This document shows, piece by piece, positions 42,875 to 53,235 of a stretch of 64,000 nt of DNA (position 1 is the first letter of the stretch; every line of letters begins with the position of its first letter). A program made the position numbers and the translations under genes. The notes under the pieces are model-generated. The model did no database searches and had not been told where the DNA came from. It saw only the letters and a list, made by a program, of their open reading frames with translations. The DNA lies in assembly GCA_963845145.1 (NCBI GenBank), contig CAWJQU010000002.1:224001-288000 (forward strand), written 5' to 3'. The stretch comes from an uncultured delta proteobacterium (GTDB lineage: Bacteria; Desulfobacterota; Desulfobacteria; Desulfobacterales; QNYZ01).

Positions 42875-43375
42875 ATGCCGCCAATTGTGTCTTTTGTAGG
42901 AAAATCCAGCTCGGGGAAAACCACACTGGTTGAAAAGTTGATCCCGGTGTTGAAACGCCGGGGCTATCGCATCGGTACGATCAAGCATGCGCACCACGGC
43001 TTTGCCCTGGACCAACAGGGAAAGGACAGTAGCCGCCATCGGGCCGCCGGAGCTGATGCCGTCATTGTCTCCGGACCCGGTACCATGGCCATGGTCAGGG
43101 ATCAAACCGATAACTCACTCTCTGCCCTGGCGGCCTATTTTCAGGATATGGATCTGGTAATTGTTGAGGGCTTCAAGCGTGAAAATCAACCCAAGATCGA
43201 GGTCTGCCGGGCGAAAAATCGCAAAGCCCCTATCGATCCCCCGCTACCCGGACTGATTGCCCAAGTGACCGACATGGAAATCGATCGCGGCCTGCCCACG
43301 TTCGGCCTCGAAGAGATCGAAGCCCTGGCGGACATGATTGAAAAACGGTTTTTGCATTCCAATTCATCGGCATAA
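42875..43375 (+). CDS. mobB: Molybdopterin-guanine dinucleotide biosynthesis protein B
   Basis: GKSSSGKTT, IKHAHH, GKDS..H..AGA, VEGFK. Confidence 0.92.
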   Translation: MPPIVSFVGKSSSGKTTLVEKLIPVLKRRGYRIGTIKHAHHGFALDQQGKDSSRHRAAGADAVIVSGPGTMAMVRDQTDNSLSALAAYFQDMDLVIVEGFKRENQPKIEVCRAKNRKAPIDPPLPGLIAQVTDMEIDRGLPTFGLEEIEALADMIEKRFLHSNSSA

Positions 43376-43565
43376 GCGGCGATAAGAAGTATACCCCCTC
43401 TGTGTTGTCGCAAATAATTTGTAACCAAATCGGAAAAATAGACTCAATATTGTAAGATAAACGAAAAGAAGACACCCCATCCAATGCCTTGGGCGAAGAC
43501 CATGGTCGATGGGAAAGAAAAACGTGGACAATACACAATGACCGCTTATATAAAGGGAAATCAAA

Positions 43566-43739
43566 ATGAAAGAGATGTTAATAATACTCGTGGTGATTGG
43601 GGCCTGGGTCTTTCTTCAGTCCTATCTGTTACCCAAGCTGGGTATATCAACCTGAATGCGGGAATCCTGTCAGTTGACAGACAAAAAAGAGAATGGCGAC
43701 AATTCCTCGAAAAGCGTTACCCCCGAAAATCAGCCCTGA
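43566..43739 (+). CDS. Putative 57-aa single-TM selenoprotein (in-frame UGA at 43653-43655; not in ORF track)
   Basis: AAGGGA RBS; MKEMLIILVVIGAWVFLQSYLLPKLGIST-UGA-MRESCQLTDKKENG...; hairpin CTGTC-AGTT-GACAG starts 11 nt after the UGA. Confidence 0.6.
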
Positions 43740-44340
43740 GGTTGAGCCAGATGCGGAACTGGTCCGGGCGATTCAATCCGGACGTCATGAATTGTATCAG
43801 GAACTTGTATCGCGTTATGAAGGCAAGCTGTATAATTTCGGTTTGCGCATGTGCCGTGATACTGCGGACGCCGAGGATTTGGTACAAGACACATTCCTAA
43901 ATGTTATTAAATATTTGAAGGGATTTCGACACCAGGCCAAATTTAAAAACTGGTTGTATAAAATAGCCACCAGCGTCTGCATTAAAAAACGACGCCGGTC
44001 AAAACACGCGCCGGATCGCACCCTTTCGCTGGAAGAATTTCTACCCAAGGATGAGGCCGATGTCGCCGGAAAAGTACCCCGCTGGGCGGTCATTCCGATA
44101 GACCAGGTTTTAAATGAAGAATTGGCCAAACGGCTGAATGATGCGATTCATGCCCTGCCCCGAAAATATCGAATCGTATCCGTTTTACGCGAGGTAGAGG
44201 GCTTCTCAACCGATGAAACAGCAAAAATTCTCAATATCACCCCGGCCAATGTTAAGGTTCGGCTGCATCGTGCCCGCCTTTTCCTTAGAGAGAAACTAAA
44301 GAATTATTATGAACACGACTTCCACGGGCCACCAACATAA
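43693..44340 (+). CDS. ECF RNA polymerase sigma factor
   Basis: DAEDLVQDTF, F.NWLYKIA, EGFST.ETA..L, VKVRLHRAR. Confidence 0.92.
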   Translation: MATIPRKALPPKISPEVEPDAELVRAIQSGRHELYQELVSRYEGKLYNFGLRMCRDTADAEDLVQDTFLNVIKYLKGFRHQAKFKNWLYKIATSVCIKKRRRSKHAPDRTLSLEEFLPKDEADVAGKVPRWAVIPIDQVLNEELAKRLNDAIHALPRKYRIVSVLREVEGFSTDETAKILNITPANVKVRLHRARLFLREKLKNYYEHDFHGPPT

Positions 44341-44569
44341 CGAACGTTGTGTGGATCTTTTTAAAAAATTGTCGGCATACATTGATCAGGAGCTTGATCG
44401 TTCGACCTGCCGGAAAATTGAACGCCACTTAAAACATTGCCCCCCATGCCATGCCTGCCTTGAAACCCTTAAAAGGACCTCCCGCTTGTGCCGAGAAATG
44501 GGAGAAGCACAAGTGCCAAAAACCTTATCGCACCGATTAAAAAAACTTATTCGAGACATGGCCGTTTAA
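44309..44569 (+). CDS. Soluble zinc-binding anti-sigma factor (ZAS/zf-HC2)
   Basis: C...LSAYID.EL...HLKHCPPC; no TM segment. Confidence 0.88.
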   Translation: MNTTSTGHQHNERCVDLFKKLSAYIDQELDRSTCRKIERHLKHCPPCHACLETLKRTSRLCREMGEAQVPKTLSHRLKKLIRDMAV

Positions 44570-44730
44570 ACCCGGCACATATAAACAGATTATTCCGCGA
44601 GCGTCATTTTGCATCTTGCCCATTTGACAGCGGTCACCGCTTTTATTATAAGGTGCCTTTTGCATAGGCCTCATTCAGAGCCGCATTTCTAACTCACCGC
44701 AAAAAATTCCGTTAATTGAAAGGACCGTTT

Positions 44731-46011
44731 ATGTCGGATTTTGCCACCATCACCTATGATGGAAAAACCTATGAGTTTCCCGTCATCACGGGCAGTGAAG
44801 GCGAGAAAGCCATTGATATTTCAACCTTACGAAATCGATCTGGATTAATCACGATGGATTACGGATTTTCCAGTACCGGTAGCTGTAACAGCGCCATCAC
44901 ATATATGGATGGCGAAAATGGCATTCTTCGGTACCGGGGCATTCCCGTGGAACAGCTAGCCGAAAAAGCGACCTTTAAAGAGACTGCCTATCTTCTCATC
45001 AACGGCCGCCTTCCCAATCGCGAAGAGCTCACCCGGTTTTCTGTTCTGCTCAATGACCAAGCTCTGGTACACGAAGACATGCAGGAATTTTATAAGAGTT
45101 ATCCCAGAAGCTCTCATCCCATGGGAATTCTCTCATCCATGGTCAATGCCTTAAGAAGCTTTTATCCTGAACTGGAGGCAACCCAGGAAGAGATCAACAT
45201 CACCATGACCCGTCTGTTATCAAAAGTCCGAACCATGGCGGCCATGTCATATAAGATCTCCCGGGGCCACAAAGTTGTCTATCCACGACCGGATCTGAAT
45301 TACTCGGCCAATTTTTTAAATATGATGTTTGACTCACCGGTGCGGCCTTACAACATCGACGACGATCTGGTTCAGGCCCTGCGTACTTTTTGGATTCTTC
45401 ATGCCGATCATGAGCAAAACTGCTCCACCACGGCCGTCCGCGTCGTGGGAAGCGGCCAGGTAAATCTTTATGCCGCTATTTCGGCGGGCATTGCCGCGCT
45501 CTGGGGGCCCCTCCACGGCGGCGCCAATCAGGCCGTTATTGAAATGCTCAAGGATATCGTTGAAGGCGGCGGCAAAATTCAAAAAGTAATCGCTAGGGCC
45601 AAAGATCGAAAGGATCCGTTTCGATTATACGGGTTCGGCCATCGCGTATATAAAACCTACGATCCCCGCGGCAAAATCATCAAAAAAATGGCTGATCGGC
45701 TGCTCGCCAAACAACAGGTTGCCGATCCGTTGCTTGACACGGCCAAAGAGCTGGAAATCGCCGCTCGCCAAGACGACTACTTTATCGAGCACAACCTGTA
45801 TCCCAATGTGGATTTCTACAGCGGTCTCGTCCTGCGGGCTATCGGCATTCCCACCAACATGTTTACTGTCATGTTTGCCATCGGACGCTTACCGGGCTGG
45901 ATTGCCCAGTGGAGAGAGAGTATCGACGATCCGAACTGGAAGATCGCCCGGCCCCGGCAGATCTATACCGGGCCAACCACCACAGAATATACACCCCTAG
46001 ATGAGCGATAA
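44731..46011 (+). CDS. gltA: Citrate synthase (Si type)
   Basis: GILRYRG, HADHEQNCST, GPLHGGAN, GFGHRVYK, YPNVDFYSG. Confidence 0.95.
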   Translation: MSDFATITYDGKTYEFPVITGSEGEKAIDISTLRNRSGLITMDYGFSSTGSCNSAITYMDGENGILRYRGIPVEQLAEKATFKETAYLLINGRLPNREELTRFSVLLNDQALVHEDMQEFYKSYPRSSHPMGILSSMVNALRSFYPELEATQEEINITMTRLLSKVRTMAAMSYKISRGHKVVYPRPDLNYSANFLNMMFDSPVRPYNIDDDLVQALRTFWILHADHEQNCSTTAVRVVGSGQVNLYAAISAGIAALWGPLHGGANQAVIEMLKDIVEGGGKIQKVIARAKDRKDPFRLYGFGHRVYKTYDPRGKIIKKMADRLLAKQQVADPLLDTAKELEIAARQDDYFIEHNLYPNVDFYSGLVLRAIGIPTNMFTVMFAIGRLPGWIAQWRESIDDPNWKIARPRQIYTGPTTTEYTPLDER

Positions 46012-46334
46012 AACGCGAATAAAAATGATTTCACACTAGCATCTACCGCGCCGATTTTATTAGAAGGGTTTCAAGCTGCCGCAATTTCTTTGTATGCCGG
46101 TTTGGCGCATTGCAAAGCGGGGCTTCCAATGCCCCGGCAGAAAAAACCAATTAATAAATGAAATTAAATTGGACTCAGGCTTCTTTGTTTCAGCATTTCG
46201 TCGCCCTCATTCAAACGCCATTGACAATTTCATGGAAATATGCCATTTTTTAGCAAAATTTTTCCCTTTTTTCGGACACTTCCTTCCGCTGCTAAAAAAT
46301 TGTTAATCCAAGCTGAGTGAAAATGTAATACCTC

Positions 46335-47243
46335 ATGGCCTCAATAAAAAAAATGAACTTCAACCACCTGGTAGGAAAAAAGGTGGGAACCGTAACATTA
46401 CTAAAAGAGCTGGCAAGAGGAGGCATGGCGGTCATCTTTACCGCCTACCAACAATCGCTTAAGCGCCAAATCGCCGTTAAAATACTTCCCAAGTCATTAT
46501 TAACCCCAACGGCCGCCAAACTATTCCAGCAAGAAGCCGAATCCGCAGCGATTTTGTCGCATCCCAATATCATTCCCATCTATGAAGTGGGTGACACCGA
46601 CGAGTTTCTCTATTTCACCATGCAACTCGTCAAAGGGCGAACTTTGGCCGACATGATCGATATGGCAGGCAGATCGCTATTATCATTTAAGCGCGTGCTG
46701 CCCCTTGAGGCCACCATTCAAATCATTACCGGCGTACTTGATGCCCTGGGATATGCCCACCGTGAAGATATCATTCATCGCGACATCAAACCGGCCAACA
46801 TCATTATCGAAACCCACACCAAGCGGCCTATTATCACGGATTTTGGCATCGCGACGCTCTCCCGCGGAGAAAACCTAACCTCCGGTTTAATAGCCGGAAC
46901 GCCGGTATACATGGCACCCGAAGAGATTTTAAGAAGCCGGGTGGATCAACGCACAGATATTTACGCGACAGGTATGGTCCTTTTTGAAATGTTGACATCC
47001 TACCTCCCCCTGCCCACTTTTAAGTCAACCCGGCAGTTGCTGGAGATGAAGCTAACGCTCAAAGACCGTTTGTTCAAGAAAACCCCTTCCCAAATGAATC
47101 AGGCAATCGATCCGGCCATGGATCAAATTGTCCTTAAAGCGCTGGCCTATGACCCCAAGCGGCGTTACGCGGATTGCTACGAATTCATCGAGCAAATAAA
47201 GTCTTACCAGAACCGACCCGTTATTAATCGATTGAGAGGGTAA
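46335..47243 (+). CDS. Hanks-type Ser/Thr protein kinase, cytoplasmic
   Basis: RGGMA, AVK, HRDIKPAN, DFG, GTPVYMAPE, DIYATG. Confidence 0.92.
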   Translation: MASIKKMNFNHLVGKKVGTVTLLKELARGGMAVIFTAYQQSLKRQIAVKILPKSLLTPTAAKLFQQEAESAAILSHPNIIPIYEVGDTDEFLYFTMQLVKGRTLADMIDMAGRSLLSFKRVLPLEATIQIITGVLDALGYAHREDIIHRDIKPANIIIETHTKRPIITDFGIATLSRGENLTSGLIAGTPVYMAPEEILRSRVDQRTDIYATGMVLFEMLTSYLPLPTFKSTRQLLEMKLTLKDRLFKKTPSQMNQAIDPAMDQIVLKALAYDPKRRYADCYEFIEQIKSYQNRPVINRLRG

Positions 47244-47245
47244 AA

Positions 47246-49903
47246 ATGGGCGATGCCAAAATCTCCAAACAGGAAATGGATCGTTTCAGCAGGGTCATTG
47301 TCATGCTGCTCAACCGGGCGACCATGTACCAAACCAACCATCCCTATGTGCAGCAAAGCATCGATGAATTCTATCAGATTTTAAAAACACTTCTGCCGAA
47401 GGTTTCACCGCTGGTTTTCATAATGAATCGCGAACAGCTGTTTGTGGATGAGGAACCGCTGGATTCCCGCATTATTGTTACCAAAATCGTCCAGTATTTC
47501 AATAAAACCGGCACGCAATCCATCTCCTTTGAGAATGGCCTTGAAAAAAATGACGTTCGTGTCTTTTTGAGTATTTTCACAGCATTGGATAAATATCCCA
47601 ATTCGGACGCCATGAAGAAAGCCCTCACCGACAAGGGGGTTCGCCAGATTAAAATTAACCATGTGGTGTACATAAAGGCAACCGAAGACGATGAACTGGT
47701 ATCGCGTGAAGCCTTGGAAGAGATGACCCTTGAAATCTCGGCCGAAAGTCAGGAAAAAGTAAGAAAACAGTTCATGGACATGATCCTTGAAAGTGTCCTG
47801 GCAGAAGAATTTGAGAAGACCCTGACGATTGACAACCTTCTTAAAAACCCCCAGGAATTATCCCAAAAGATGATCGAGGCCGATCGGGAGAGTGTCGAAG
47901 AAAGCGACGCGGAAGACCGTCGTCCCGGACCGGTCTTGCTACATCAGCTCGACATGCTTAATCAGGAAGTCATGGGAAACGATTCCGACGCCAATGAAGA
48001 ACTGGCCACCGACCTGGTCACTGCCGTATTCGAGATGAAGAATGAACTTTTAGATGGGATAAATTCTGAAAACACAGATGCGATTGACACATCGGACAAG
48101 GGTTTGATTTTAGATAAGATCGATGAAGTTACCAATAATGCCGTCATGAAACTGGCCAAAAAGCATGACCGTGAAGGCATGTCGATTACAAACATCGGCC
48201 AACTCTTAGGGCGCTGGATCCCCGAAGACGATCTGGGCGGTGTACTAGAGCGTGTCAAAACCAATCTGGCCACCAAACCGATCATCATCGATAACCTTTT
48301 AAATAACCCGGGTGGGATCTCCAAACAGATGATTGATGCCGATGCGGCCGGATTCGGCCAAACCGGAGATAGCCGAAGAAACCCAGGTTCAGTAATAATG
48401 CAACAGCTGGATTTGGTAAAACAAGAACTCGTTGATAAGGCCTTCGAACAGAGTGGATCCAGCCTTTCGGATATGGCTGCAGCGGTTATCGAACTAAAAG
48501 AGCAGCTTCTGGCCGGTATGCAAAACCAGAAAACGCTTGGAACAGTTTATACCTATGAAGAGAAAATCGTTGATACCGTCAATGATATCACCGATGACGT
48601 GATCTTACGGCTGGTTAAAGAAGAGTATACGGCCGGCGAACTATCTCCAACACGTCTGGCTCAGATTTTGCGTCGTTTAATACCTGAAACAAATGAACTT
48701 AAACGTCTGCTACCGAAAATCAAAAATGTTCTGCTTGAAGCGGGGATGCCCCTTAAAGACTACCTGGAAATTATCAAGACACTGGGCAAAGAACTCCAAA
48801 GTGATGAATTGGCCAAGATCATTGAAGAGAGTGCCGAAGAGATCGGAATTGATGGTGACAGCCTCATCCAGGAAATTCAGAAAAACCCCGGCCAGGCTGC
48901 CGAATTAATCTTTTTGGCCGCCGAAATTCGCAAGGGCACCGGCGATGAAAAAGTGATGACCGACTTGATGGTGGATTACGTCGAACGCCTGGGCGCCACT
49001 TTGGATTTCGATGTGGATAAAGAGGATCATGTCAAGGGCAAAGAACACTTGCGGCGCATCATCGGCAACATTGAGTCTGATCTTGTCGGTCGCTTAAAAA
49101 ACATGAACGTCAAAGATGACCTGATCGGTCGTCTGGAAGATAAACTCGAATCCCGAATGGATGAAATCCTCGACAAGGCTAAGGATGAGCTACTCAAATC
49201 CCAAGCCGATAAAGGAGGACCGGGTGATCTGGCCGAACTGAGTATCCTGAAAATGATGGAGCGTAGCGTCATAGAAAACGAAGAGCTGGCCGAAATCCTC
49301 GAGGCGGTTCGAGGGCAGACCGAATCGGGAGCGGTTGATGAGAACAATTTCGAACAGATCTATGCGGAGATGCAGGCAGAGGAACAGCGACGACGATTGG
49401 CGGAAGAACAACGGGATACGCCCTACGGTGTGCTCAAAGATGAAACCTTGAGCCTTATTATGAAAAAAGAAGTATCCCGGGCTGAACGCTATGGTGTCCA
49501 CCTGTCGGCTTTAGCCTTTACCTTGATCAAAGCAACACCCACCCAAGAAAAAACCGATTCAACGATATCACGCCGACATTTGGTGGACGCTATCTTGAAA
49601 AAAATGATAAAGATTGTTAGGCTTTCAGATCTGATCGGTGAATTCGGAAACAATGAGATTGTGGTGCTGTTGCCCTTTACCCCTTTGAATGAAGCCCAAA
49701 GGATGCTGAAGCGCTGCCTGGAATTGTTATACTTAGAACCCATTGAGGCCATGGGGGCTTCATATACGATTAAAATGGCCGGGATCGTAGTGGGCTATGA
49801 TTCAACCCGGATACCGGATGCCGATGCATTTTCCAATGAATTGTCGAAAGAATTAATGCAAATGGAAATTCGAGTTCGAAATATTCAAAACCTGTTAAGA
49901 TAG
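47246..49903 (+). CDS. Large acidic helical protein with an internal duplication and a degenerate GGDEF-like C-terminus
   Basis: EVSRAERYG..LS, RLSDLIGEFGNNEIVVLLP.T. Confidence 0.65.
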   Translation: MGDAKISKQEMDRFSRVIVMLLNRATMYQTNHPYVQQSIDEFYQILKTLLPKVSPLVFIMNREQLFVDEEPLDSRIIVTKIVQYFNKTGTQSISFENGLEKNDVRVFLSIFTALDKYPNSDAMKKALTDKGVRQIKINHVVYIKATEDDELVSREALEEMTLEISAESQEKVRKQFMDMILESVLAEEFEKTLTIDNLLKNPQELSQKMIEADRESVEESDAEDRRPGPVLLHQLDMLNQEVMGNDSDANEELATDLVTAVFEMKNELLDGINSENTDAIDTSDKGLILDKIDEVTNNAVMKLAKKHDREGMSITNIGQLLGRWIPEDDLGGVLERVKTNLATKPIIIDNLLNNPGGISKQMIDADAAGFGQTGDSRRNPGSVIMQQLDLVKQELVDKAFEQSGSSLSDMAAAVIELKEQLLAGMQNQKTLGTVYTYEEKIVDTVNDITDDVILRLVKEEYTAGELSPTRLAQILRRLIPETNELKRLLPKIKNVLLEAGMPLKDYLEIIKTLGKELQSDELAKIIEESAEEIGIDGDSLIQEIQKNPGQAAELIFLAAEIRKGTGDEKVMTDLMVDYVERLGATLDFDVDKEDHVKGKEHLRRIIGNIESDLVGRLKNMNVKDDLIGRLEDKLESRMDEILDKAKDELLKSQADKGGPGDLAELSILKMMERSVIENEELAEILEAVRGQTESGAVDENNFEQIYAEMQAEEQRRRLAEEQRDTPYGVLKDETLSLIMKKEVSRAERYGVHLSALAFTLIKATPTQEKTDSTISRRHLVDAILKKMIKIVRLSDLIGEFGNNEIVVLLPFTPLNEAQRMLKRCLELLYLEPIEAMGASYTIKMAGIVVGYDSTRIPDADAFSNELSKELMQMEIRVRNIQNLLR

Positions 49904-49952
49904 GCAGAACGCCCTTATTTGATATAGGAGCCAAATTTTAGGAACCAAATTT

Positions 49953-51080
49953 ATGGACCAAGGCAACCGCGATAGCCAGAAAACCAAATGGTATCTCGAA
50001 AAAGTTACCGAAGCCGGTACCACATGGGCGGTTCCTATCGATCCGATTCCGTTTACCATCGGTCGTGGTAGTGAATGCGATCTAACCCTGAGATCCAAAT
50101 GGGTATCGAGAAATCATGCCCAAATCCACTTGAGCGGAAATATTCTCTGGCTCCGCGATCTGGGCAGCACCAACGGCACCATGATTAACCAAAACCCGAT
50201 CAAGGAGGCCGAATTGCTTGAGGTGGGCGATCATCTTCACTTCGGTGACCACCAGTTTTTCGTTCGCAGCGAAGACGCCATCAAAACCGTCTTATCCGAC
50301 GAGACCGTGGCTTTTGATACCATTGGTGTTAAAAACGGCTCTATGGCGTATCACCGGCAAATGGAAAAAATGATCAATGAACGTGATGTTATTCCCCATT
50401 TCCAGCCCATTGTCGAATTGCCGGGTTCGAAAACGATAGGGTATGAGATCCTTGGCCGAATAAAAAAAAATGGGCTGCCGGAAAGCCCGACCGAACTGTT
50501 TAGCCTCGCCTCACAAATGGGGCATGCCGTTGCACTTAGTGCACTGTTTCGTGAAGAAGGTATTCGTGCCGGAAAAGCGTTGAGTGGTAAACCCGCGCTG
50601 TTCGTTAATACCCATCCCATTGAAATTTATCAAATGGATTTTTTGGAAAAATCTCTGCGCGTTGTGCGTGAGATGGTCCCGGACAATCCAATTGTGCTTG
50701 AAATAAATGAAACCGCCGTAACCAAGTCGGAACAGATGAAACAATTGCGGGCTCTGCTGGCTGATTTGGACCTTGAGTTGGCCTATGATGATTTTGGCGT
50801 CGGCCAGACGCGATTGGTGGAACTGGCCAAGCTGCCACCGGATTATTTAAAATTTGACATGTCGATTATTCGCAATATCCATATTGCCCCAAAGCGATTA
50901 CATCAAATAATCCTCACCTTCATGAAAGCCGCCGAAGAACTGGAGATCAAAACCCTTGCCGAAGGCGTTGAATGCCAGGAAGAGGCCGATGTTTGTGAAG
51001 AACTCGGCTTTGAATATAGCCAGGGTTATTTTTATGGACGTCCGGCACCGATTTCGGAACTTATCCCCACCGGCGACTGA
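49953..51080 (+). CDS. FHA-EAL domain protein (putative c-di-GMP phosphodiesterase)
   Basis: FHA: IGR, VSRNHA, DLGSTNGT; EAL: FQPI, YEILGR, LEINE, DDFG, KFD, AEGVE, QGY. Confidence 0.9.
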   Translation: MDQGNRDSQKTKWYLEKVTEAGTTWAVPIDPIPFTIGRGSECDLTLRSKWVSRNHAQIHLSGNILWLRDLGSTNGTMINQNPIKEAELLEVGDHLHFGDHQFFVRSEDAIKTVLSDETVAFDTIGVKNGSMAYHRQMEKMINERDVIPHFQPIVELPGSKTIGYEILGRIKKNGLPESPTELFSLASQMGHAVALSALFREEGIRAGKALSGKPALFVNTHPIEIYQMDFLEKSLRVVREMVPDNPIVLEINETAVTKSEQMKQLRALLADLDLELAYDDFGVGQTRLVELAKLPPDYLKFDMSIIRNIHIAPKRLHQIILTFMKAAEELEIKTLAEGVECQEEADVCEELGFEYSQGYFYGRPAPISELIPTGD

Positions 51081-51127
51081 GTCATTGTTAAAAATCAAAT
51101 CATATCCCAGTTTATAATTCCAATAAT

Positions 51128-52072
51128 ATGGATCGCGATAAACAGACAATGAATAGCGAAACCTGCATAGACCCTTCCAATTATAACGCCGATTTTAAAT
51201 CCGGTTTCATTGCCATTGCCGGGGCGCCCAATGTGGGTAAATCGACGCTGTTGAACCGGATCCTGGGCGAAAAGTTGTCCATTACTTCTAAAAAACCCCA
51301 GACCACACGGAATCGCATTTTGGGTGTCCGGCACCGAACCGGTTCCCAGATGGTATTTATCGACACGCCCGGTGTTCATTTGACCCAGCGACCATTAAAT
51401 ATCCGCATCGTTGAAACCGCCGTGACGGCAATAGGGGATGTGGATCTGGTTCTTTTCATGATCGATGTCGCGGCATCCGATGCAGCCTCTGAAGAGCAGG
51501 TGATAAAACAGTTGACCAAATCAGGACGTCCGGTGATTTTGGCGCTGAACAAGATCGACCGCGTGGATAAAAACCGTCTATTGCATATGCTCGAGGCGTG
51601 GGCGGACCGCTACCCTTTTAAAGCCCTTGTCCCCGTGTCGGCCAAAACCGGAGAGCAGGTAGATAATCTGGTTGATACGTTATTAGCCCATCTCCCCTTA
51701 GGCCCGCCGTTTTTTCCCGAAGACCAGATTACGGATCTGCCCGAACGATTTTTCGTGGCTGAAATGATTCGGGAAAAAGTGTTCCGCCTGACCGGCGCCG
51801 AGATCCCCTATTCAACGGCCGTAACCATTGAATCGTTTAGCGAAAATCCCGATCGTCAACTCATAACCATCGATGCCACCATTCATATCGAACGGCGATC
51901 CCAGAAAGGGATTATCATCGGAAAGAACGGCGCGAAACTAAAGCAAATCGGATCGGCGGCACGGCAGGCCATTGAAAAAATGCTGAACACCCAGGTGTTT
52001 TTAAAACTATTCGTTCGGGTGGAACGCAACTGGACCCGAGACACCAAAATATTGCGTCGTTTTGGGTATTGA
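51128..52072 (+). CDS. era: GTPase Era
   Basis: GAPNVGKST, PQTTR, DTPG, NKID, KH domain GIIIGKNG. Confidence 0.95.
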   Translation: MDRDKQTMNSETCIDPSNYNADFKSGFIAIAGAPNVGKSTLLNRILGEKLSITSKKPQTTRNRILGVRHRTGSQMVFIDTPGVHLTQRPLNIRIVETAVTAIGDVDLVLFMIDVAASDAASEEQVIKQLTKSGRPVILALNKIDRVDKNRLLHMLEAWADRYPFKALVPVSAKTGEQVDNLVDTLLAHLPLGPPFFPEDQITDLPERFFVAEMIREKVFRLTGAEIPYSTAVTIESFSENPDRQLITIDATIHIERRSQKGIIIGKNGAKLKQIGSAARQAIEKMLNTQVFLKLFVRVERNWTRDTKILRRFGY

Positions 52073-52917
52073 TGATCCTGTCGTACCACCCCTGCTTTAC
52101 TGCTGATGACAACCGGATTTGCGCTGGCCGGTTACCGGATGACGCGGATCTGGCCGCGATTCGGGAAGCCAAAGCTGTGATCCTGCCGCAAGGATGTTCA
52201 TCGTCGCTTTATGCCATGGCCCGTCAAAATTGCCGGAGTGTGTTTCCCAATTACGATGTGCGTTTCACGCATGCGGGTAAAACGGGGCAGATTCGATTGT
52301 TTCAACAACTAGATATCCCCCACCCGCCATCAGCGGCTTTTGACGATGTCGCAGCCTACGTGTCACAGACCGACCATACAGCTTTACCGGCCAACCTGAC
52401 CTTTCCGGTTGTGTTTAAATTTGATTGGGGTGGCGAAGGTGAAACCGTCAGGTTCATTCAAAATCAGGCCGACCTGCAACAGCAATTACATAAGGCCAAC
52501 CAATACGAGCTTTCGGGCCAAAAAGGCTTTATTCTTCAAACCTTTATACCGACCGGTGGCCGCGTGTTGCGGGTGGTTCGAATCGATGCGCTATCGCGCA
52601 CATACTGGCGGGTGGCGCCGACATCGGATCAATTCCTCGTCAACCTTGCCGCCGGCGCGACCATCGACTATGATGGGAACCCCGACCTGCAAAAAAAATC
52701 AACCGAGATGGTAAATGGATTCTGTGACCGTAGCGGGATTAACCTGGCTGGATTCGATGTCCTTTTTTCTGAAAAAGACTCCGGGAAACAACCATTGTTG
52801 CTGGAAATTAACTATTTTTTCGGCAGGGAAGGCTTGGGAGGGTCGGCTGCCTATTTAGATCTTTTATCCGCGCAGATAACACGGTGGATTATGAGGCAGG
52901 ATTTTAGCGATGATTGA
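52069..52917 (+). CDS. ATP-grasp (RimK-like) protein
   Basis: PVVFK..GGEG, ILQTFI, NLAAGA, GFDV, LLEIN. Confidence 0.75.
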   Translation: MMILSYHPCFTADDNRICAGRLPDDADLAAIREAKAVILPQGCSSSLYAMARQNCRSVFPNYDVRFTHAGKTGQIRLFQQLDIPHPPSAAFDDVAAYVSQTDHTALPANLTFPVVFKFDWGGEGETVRFIQNQADLQQQLHKANQYELSGQKGFILQTFIPTGGRVLRVVRIDALSRTYWRVAPTSDQFLVNLAAGATIDYDGNPDLQKKSTEMVNGFCDRSGINLAGFDVLFSEKDSGKQPLLLEINYFFGREGLGGSAAYLDLLSAQITRWIMRQDFSDD

Positions 52918-53212
52918 CCCGCAACCTTTCGCCTACGATCTAAGTGACCGCGACATTAAGCGTGAAAAGGCCAAGGCCCGCGATTTAAGGCGTAGTCAAT
53001 GGTGGAAACGTCGCCTGGCCAAAGGTATTTGCCACTATTGTGGCGGCCAAACACCACCCAAAACACTAACCATGGATCATGTGGTTCCCATTTCCCGAGG
53101 GGGCCGCTCCACCAAAGGAAATGTCGTTCCTGCCTGTAAAACGTGTAACACCAAAAAAAAACAAATGCTGCCCACGGAATGGGAAACCTATATTTCAGGG
53201 CATCAAAAATAA
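52910..53212 (+). CDS. Small HNH endonuclease-domain protein
   Basis: CHYCG, DHVVPISRGG, NVVPACKTCN. Confidence 0.85.
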   Translation: MIDPQPFAYDLSDRDIKREKAKARDLRRSQWWKRRLAKGICHYCGGQTPPKTLTMDHVVPISRGGRSTKGNVVPACKTCNTKKKQMLPTEWETYISGHQK

Positions 53213-53235
53213 CCCATCGCCGTTTTTATGTGGAA

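Noticed and set aside
43484..43900. 138-aa ORF from the track overlapping the sigma gene
   Set aside because: No recognisable motif; overlaps the better supported small TM ORF and ECF sigma in other frames
52910..53212. HNH protein as a defence or mobile nuclease
   Set aside because: Small stand-alone HNH coupled to housekeeping genes, with no partner defence genes or compositional shift
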